A DNA stretch of 64,000 bases. Origin: Ruditapes philippinarum. Taxonomy: Eukaryota. Positions 58,199 to 64,000 of this stretch are shown one piece after another (positions within the stretch are counted from its first letter, which is position 1; every line of letters starts with the position of its first letter). The notes under the pieces are model-generated. The model was not told the DNA's origin, made no database searches, and saw nothing but the letters and a program-made list of their open reading frames with translations. The stretch lies in contig NW_026857783.1 of assembly GCF_026571515.1 (NCBI RefSeq), positions 50,878 through 114,877 on the forward strand, written 5' to 3'. The translations under genes were made by a program, and so were the position numbers.

Positions 58199-61082
58199 GA
58201 TCTTACTTTTTGCAAAAAATAGTATCGTTGTTGTGGAGATGATTTTAATCAGAATGAAATGAAAATGTACTGACAAGAGGGATAAAAAGATATAAGATAG
58301 CAAAAAAAAATCAAATTATGAACTTGAACTTTTTTTAAGACATTTATAATATTTTTCTGAGAAATAGTGGTTGAAATAGTGTTAAAGATTTTTCTACTCA
58401 GCAGGCTCATTACATTATATCATCAGTTCCCGAATTTTGCAATATTTACCCCCCTTGCACAAGCGACAGCCATTTTGGGGTCAATATTTGATTAAATATT
58501 ATTGACAAAATATGAAGAAAAATAACCAAACACACAACTGATTTAGGTGAACTGTGAAATTCTTTTATATGAAGGCAAATATTATTATACTAGCACCTAT
58601 ATATAAAATATTTTTATCAATTTGCATGAGGATAATAAAATTATGAGATTTTAATTTTTTTTAGGCATAAATATATCATGAATGACCTTCAAAATGGCGG
58701 TCAGTGGAGGTAATAATTACTATGTGAAAAGCATCTATAATTAATAAGTAGTTATTCTGGATGTATACGTCATGTATATAAATGTGTTTAAAATGATAAT
58801 TCACCAATGTAGCATAACTGTTAATCTAAAATAAAAGATAAAATTATTGTCCGTTTTGATTCTTTTTAGTTGACATTTTGGATTCGTTCGATTCATTATG
58901 ACAAATTAAGACGAAAATAATTCAAACATTTGAAAACATTTGTTTTACTTTGTAAGCACATGCATACCGTTAAACCTAATGCATTTGTATTAAGCTTTTT
59001 TTATTAAATGAATCTTCGGATTTATTTGGAAAGTATGGAATCAATATAAATGTCCGTCCAGGTTGAAAATAAAGACATACTTATTATCATTTTATTGACA
59101 AGTTATGTTTATATTGTTCCGGTTTCAAAAATCTGGAGAAAAACATATTTCATCACAAAACACCTGAAACTTTTGTAAAAGATATTGTTTCCTCATGTTC
59201 AACTAAATTTACCCCGCTCCACCCTACCTTCATGTGCGGTGTCCAAGTGGGTGTATGTTGTCCCGTTTTAGTCAATTATCGCTGAGAGGCGGTTGTGCTC
59301 CATGAACATGTTTTTCCTTTGTTGACCTCCGCTCTTATGTTTTAACAATCTCTTTTTCAGTCAGACAGTTTATCTCAACATGAAAATTGTCTTTCTTTAA
59401 TTCTAAAGCAGAACAGCAGTTTCACTTCATAGATATCATTTTAAATTTGACATAAACCTTACGACAAATCAAGCACACAGATAAATCCTCATCAATCATT
59501 TCAACGCGGAGATTTCTGTATGGTCTTAATCTTTTCATTTTGAATTATGGGTGAATAAGTATATTACAATTAGAATGTCTCCATAAAATATTTGTTAACA
59601 AAAGAACACATGTCAATGTTTGTGGTTAAATCTATTGTTATTCAAATAAAAGGGTCAGAGTAGGGATCTATCAATTAAATGGTCAGTTTTATTTTAGTTT
59701 CTTTTATTAAGAGATAAATAAACTGAAAGTACATATCTGAAGTTTTTAGTCAAGAACCTAAACCCGTGTTCATTAAAAAAATCTTGATCATATGATTTTA
59801 TTTTTATTGCCTTATTGAGATAAACGTGACCGTATTATGGAACATAAACAAAATGTAACAAAACAAAGCTGACTTGCAAAGAAACGACCTTTTTCTGGGT
59901 TAAAATTAAGGAAAAACAATACAAATACATCATTAGATAGATCAAAATAAGGATAAATGTCAGGATCAAGATCTATAATTGTATAAACTGTTAATGCGAC
60001 ATTAAGTCAATCTAAATAGCATCACTATAATGGCATTACTCAAATTTATGGGATTACTGCCATCTAAATGTAAATGGTAGGGGAATAACTGCCATCTAAG
60101 TGTACACGTCAAAGTAAAAATAACTTACGATTTTGCCATGCTTAAATCCTATAGTCTAGTTCAAATCGATAACCCACGTGATTTACAGATATTTCTATAA
60201 ATATCATTTGCAATGTATCGATAACGTTCAATTGATAAAAAGAGTAGGACAGTTTTTTTTTATATTTCTGACAATTGTTATATTTCATCCTAAACAATTG
60301 TTTCTCATTATTGGTCAATGGCCATTATAATAGTCAATATTTTTGAAATATACCTATTGACAATTTAGTTCAACTCGACAACGAAAAGTAAACATACTGT
60401 CACTTGAAATACCCATATTTTGTAAGGTAATAATTCTAATTTTATTCTAAAATTTCATAAACATATCATTTCAAGCCCACGATGGTATCTAGCTTATATT
60501 AAATACTTAATATAATGATGAGGATAAATAATAGAAAATATTTGAGTTTCTTTAAACTAATCCTTATCTTGATCAGGCCTTAACTCTTTGTGAGCACGAG
60601 GCCTGGTTAATCATGTGCAAACACAAACACAAATTAAATAAAATTAAAAAAAGAAAACTTTATACAAACAATCTATTTACAGACATAGTGTCGCTGTTTC
60701 TCGACTGACCTTCTGTTTGATTACAAAATACTGAACCCTTAAATGTGCATTGAAATAACTGACAAAAGAAAACACTTCCTGCCAAGACATTCGATAAAAA
60801 GTTGTAGTCCTAAAGCATTTCTTAATCAAGTAAACCTTACAAGAAATAAAAAATACCTGGCGACGGTGTACAGGTTTTATAGTGCTTTTTTTCTGTGAAT
60901 TTTGGTATTAAAAAGATTTTTAACGCCAGGTATATTCTGCTCAACAACTTTATTTCAAACCGCAACAAAATTGTTTCTTTGAGGGAAAAAAAGTAAAATA
61001 TTTAGTTCGAAGAAGATAATCATTCTAAATATACCAAATCATCAGAATAACGCCATTTGCTTGTTTCAACGAAAATAACATT

Positions 61083-61289
61083 TGAGCCGCGTCATGACAA
61101 AACCAACATAGTGTGTTTGCGACCAGCATGGATCCAGACCAGCCTGCGCATCCGCGCAGTCTGATCAGGATCCATGCTGTTCGCTATCATTTTCTACTTG
61201 TAAAAGGGTTAATAAGCGAACAGCATGGATTCTGATGGGATCCATGCTGGTCACAACGCACTATGTTTGTTTTGTCGTGACGCGGCTCA
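61083..61289. mobile_element. Hairpin MITE, complete copy
   Basis: 'tgagccgcgtcatgacaaaaccaacatagtgtgtttgcgaccagcatggatccagaccagcctgcgcatccgcgcagtctgatcaggatccatgctgttcgc' plus its rc arm, ending 'cgtgacgcggctca'. Same family as 29715-29931. Confidence 0.85.
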
Positions 61290-64000
61290 TTTATTTATGG
61301 ATTGTATGCAATGTAAAAACTGATTAATTATTAGATAGTAAATTGTTACTTTGTTGCACATTAGACATTGAACATGTTCAAATGAATTATTTTCAAGCAG
61401 ACGATTTAATCATGATTAAGAACAAATTTGCGATTTTATTAAGGAAAGTGCTCAAGTATCGAATAAATATGCTGTTTCAAAGTCCGTATATGGTCATAAA
61501 ACGAATAAATGATTTACCGAATCGGATGCAATTTCCTTGAAATGTTTATCAATCAATCAATCAATATTTTTTATTTCCCTTAAGATATGCAATATAGATA
61601 CATGACAACATGAGGTAAATAGAAAAATAAGAATAAATCGCGGCACTTATCAAATCAAATATCCACATGAAAGCAAATGCGGAAAAATAATTTATAATGA
61701 CTAGTAAATTTAAATAATGTCATTATCAAAAACAATGAAAAATAAAGATAAATCTTACATAAGAAGGGGGAAAAAGAAAATGAAAAAGACAATATATCTA
61801 GGGGCCAATAATTAATTACCTGTAAAGTTAAATGGAGGCCACGTTTAACTGAGCGGCAAATCACACAGTGATTGAACTAAAAATGCAAGCTATGAGTACA
61901 TCTATTACCCAGGAGGATGTTTGTCATATTTGTTTCGTAGCTTAATGTTTTACAACTAATTACAGTCTGGTTAGCATATTTAAAAAGTAATAAGAGTGGA
62001 GCTAAGAGGGCGGTGACATGTTTTTCTTCAAATACATACTTGGCGGTGTCAACACAGGCCAAAAATGATGTACGAAGTGACCTTCCTTCATCAATAAGCT
62101 TAAAAAGGACCATATGACCTTTTTAGTTTTGGATCACGGTAAATCTTGAACTTACTGATTTACTACGCTGCATTACTTAAAAAGTTCATAATACCACTTT
62201 TATTTTTTAAATGGTAGACCAGCTTAAACAAGTGTTGTGTGGGGCGTATACATTTATCTCAATTTTCATTTAAACATATTTGAGGTTAAGTTTTTTTACT
62301 AAGTTTATTAACATTTTGTTTTCTTACCAATTTTAAAACGTATAAATCCACATGCAATTTAACAATAAAAGTTACTTAGGCCTCATTCAAACCCTTTTGA
62401 AAATATCATTTTCTAAACCCTTAGCCTACCTTTAGTTAGCTCTGCTTTTAAACCGGAACAGTACATTAAAATTGTAAGGGATTTCAGGGATTAAAACATA
62501 AAATTTGAGTTGCCGAAATAATGGATTCTTCTCAGACTGTACGGATATGCTAGCAAGCCTAGCTCTATCCTGGTATCAAACGCAATGTATTCAGCAAATA
62601 CTTATTCAGTTCAAACTAATCAGATTTAATGATCAATAACGGTTTATTTGCTTTTTTGAAAATATGTATAAACATCTGGCTTAATACAAATGAACTATGT
62701 TATTTCTTCTAAGCTTTACAACTTATGTTTATATACAGATAAATTGTAATATGCATTTTGATTTAAATACAGTGTTAATAGGAAATGAACACCGAGGGTT
62801 CTATAAAATGTTTGTCATTAATAGACTTCCGTAGTCTTTCATTTTGACAATTTTATCTATACATTCTAAATTTATTCACTTTTATTGTAGATAAAGCTCC
62901 TACAAGTAAAAGCTGGTGATTAGCATTAAAGGGAAAGGTTTAATAAAGACCAAATGAACGACGATGTTTGCAATTTCCGAACCCCATGTTCTGGTCGTCA
63001 TAAGTCACTGCGTAATTTTTCAAGTATTTTTACAGTATTAATCTGATTTTTAAAGGATTACATAATTTAGTTTTGATAAAAGTGCGAATACTTGGAAGGT
63101 TTTTAATAGAAAATTATATTAAACGTAACTTTGAAGAGTCTTATATTTTGCAAAAACCCTAGTTTGCTTTGTTTCGTCCTTACAATATCTAATATGGGTT
63201 TTACTCTGTTTTATTTCTTTTAAATTTAGTGTTTTCTAAATGAGTAAATATAACGACGATAAAACACAAAAATAGGTTGAGACGGTTAACAAAAACAATA
63301 TAGACAATTCTGTGAATTAGCTTGACAATGTTTTAAAATAGACCTGTTTCCTAGAGTTACAAATGATGCAAACCTTCCTAGAAAATAACACAAAAAGAAC
63401 AGAATATGTGAATTTGAAAGAATTGAACAAGGAAAATTCTGATAGAAATGTTTCCATTTCATAGTTTAAAACCTCAGTATTCAGTGAGGCAAAACGCATG
63501 TAGATCTTGATTTTCAAAAATAGATTTATATACTTTATCTCATTGATGTGCGCTTCTTACTAAATACTTTAACAGTTGTAATGAAATATCCAAAAATAAA
63601 ATGTTAAACTCTTTAAAACTGGCAAATTCTTTACAGGGGCGAGGTGAACAATTTCTGAGTTGACCAGTTTATATCTTAACTATACCTTATACATTTATAT
63701 ACATCGGTGTCGCTGCGTTTTAGGAAACTTTTTATTCAGTTCAAACAAAGAGAGTTATTAGAACATATAAAGAAAACTATTTAACCAATACTAAAGGTGC
63801 TAAAATAGTTATTTTGATTGAAAAGAAATGAAAGATTTGCGATCAAGAAGATATTTAGTATTTCCTATGTTGTTAATCAAAATTTACCAACATAATTAAA
63901 GTTTGTACTTCAACCATAACTGATATCAAATCTATCAAATTTTGATACTCATTAAAAACGGCCTCCATGACTATCATTTTCATGACCTTTGTGACAGTCC

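Overview
This 64-kb window is an AT-rich (~33-35% GC) eukaryotic genomic segment, so prokaryotic feature classes (CRISPR, operons, defence islands) do not apply. The repeat content (pearl/HINE-type tandem-repeat elements ending in GACA/GGAC microsatellites and a hairpin tail, many foldback/MITE structures, CR1/L2-like LINE debris, and a type-II C-type-lectin gene) points to a lophotrochozoan, most plausibly a bivalve mollusc (inference, no database check possible). Gene content is sparse. (1) A multi-exon + strand gene (34368-43159) encodes a type-II membrane C-type lectin; a complete 6-Cys kringle exon of symmetric phase 1-1 sits inside its last intron. (2) An uninterrupted 1.4-kb cysteine-rich ORF (17664-19058) carries a somatomedin-B-like motif, and a possible downstream TM/cytoplasmic-tail exon lies at 23973-24716. 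Everything else is repeat architecture: three foldback-like inverted structures (10607-13158, 22084-23668, 30155-30675); a 516-bp MITE with 21-bp TIRs and a perfect 9-bp TSD; a GC-rich TIR element (46722-47659); a hairpin MITE family in four copies; satellite arrays with 160-bp, ~340-bp, ~170-bp, ~140-bp and 88-bp units; and at least four decayed non-LTR retrotransposon fragments. Two intra-window paralogous blocks act as built-in filled-site/empty-site controls. They show a 1.2-kb tandem-repeat (Helentron/pearl-like) element inserted at 54151-55389 against the empty site at 63763-63778, and a 5'-truncated LINE inserted at ~27235-29010 against the uninterrupted copy at 15060-15780. The ORF track uses alternative start codons, and most listed ORFs lie inside repeats and are spurious.
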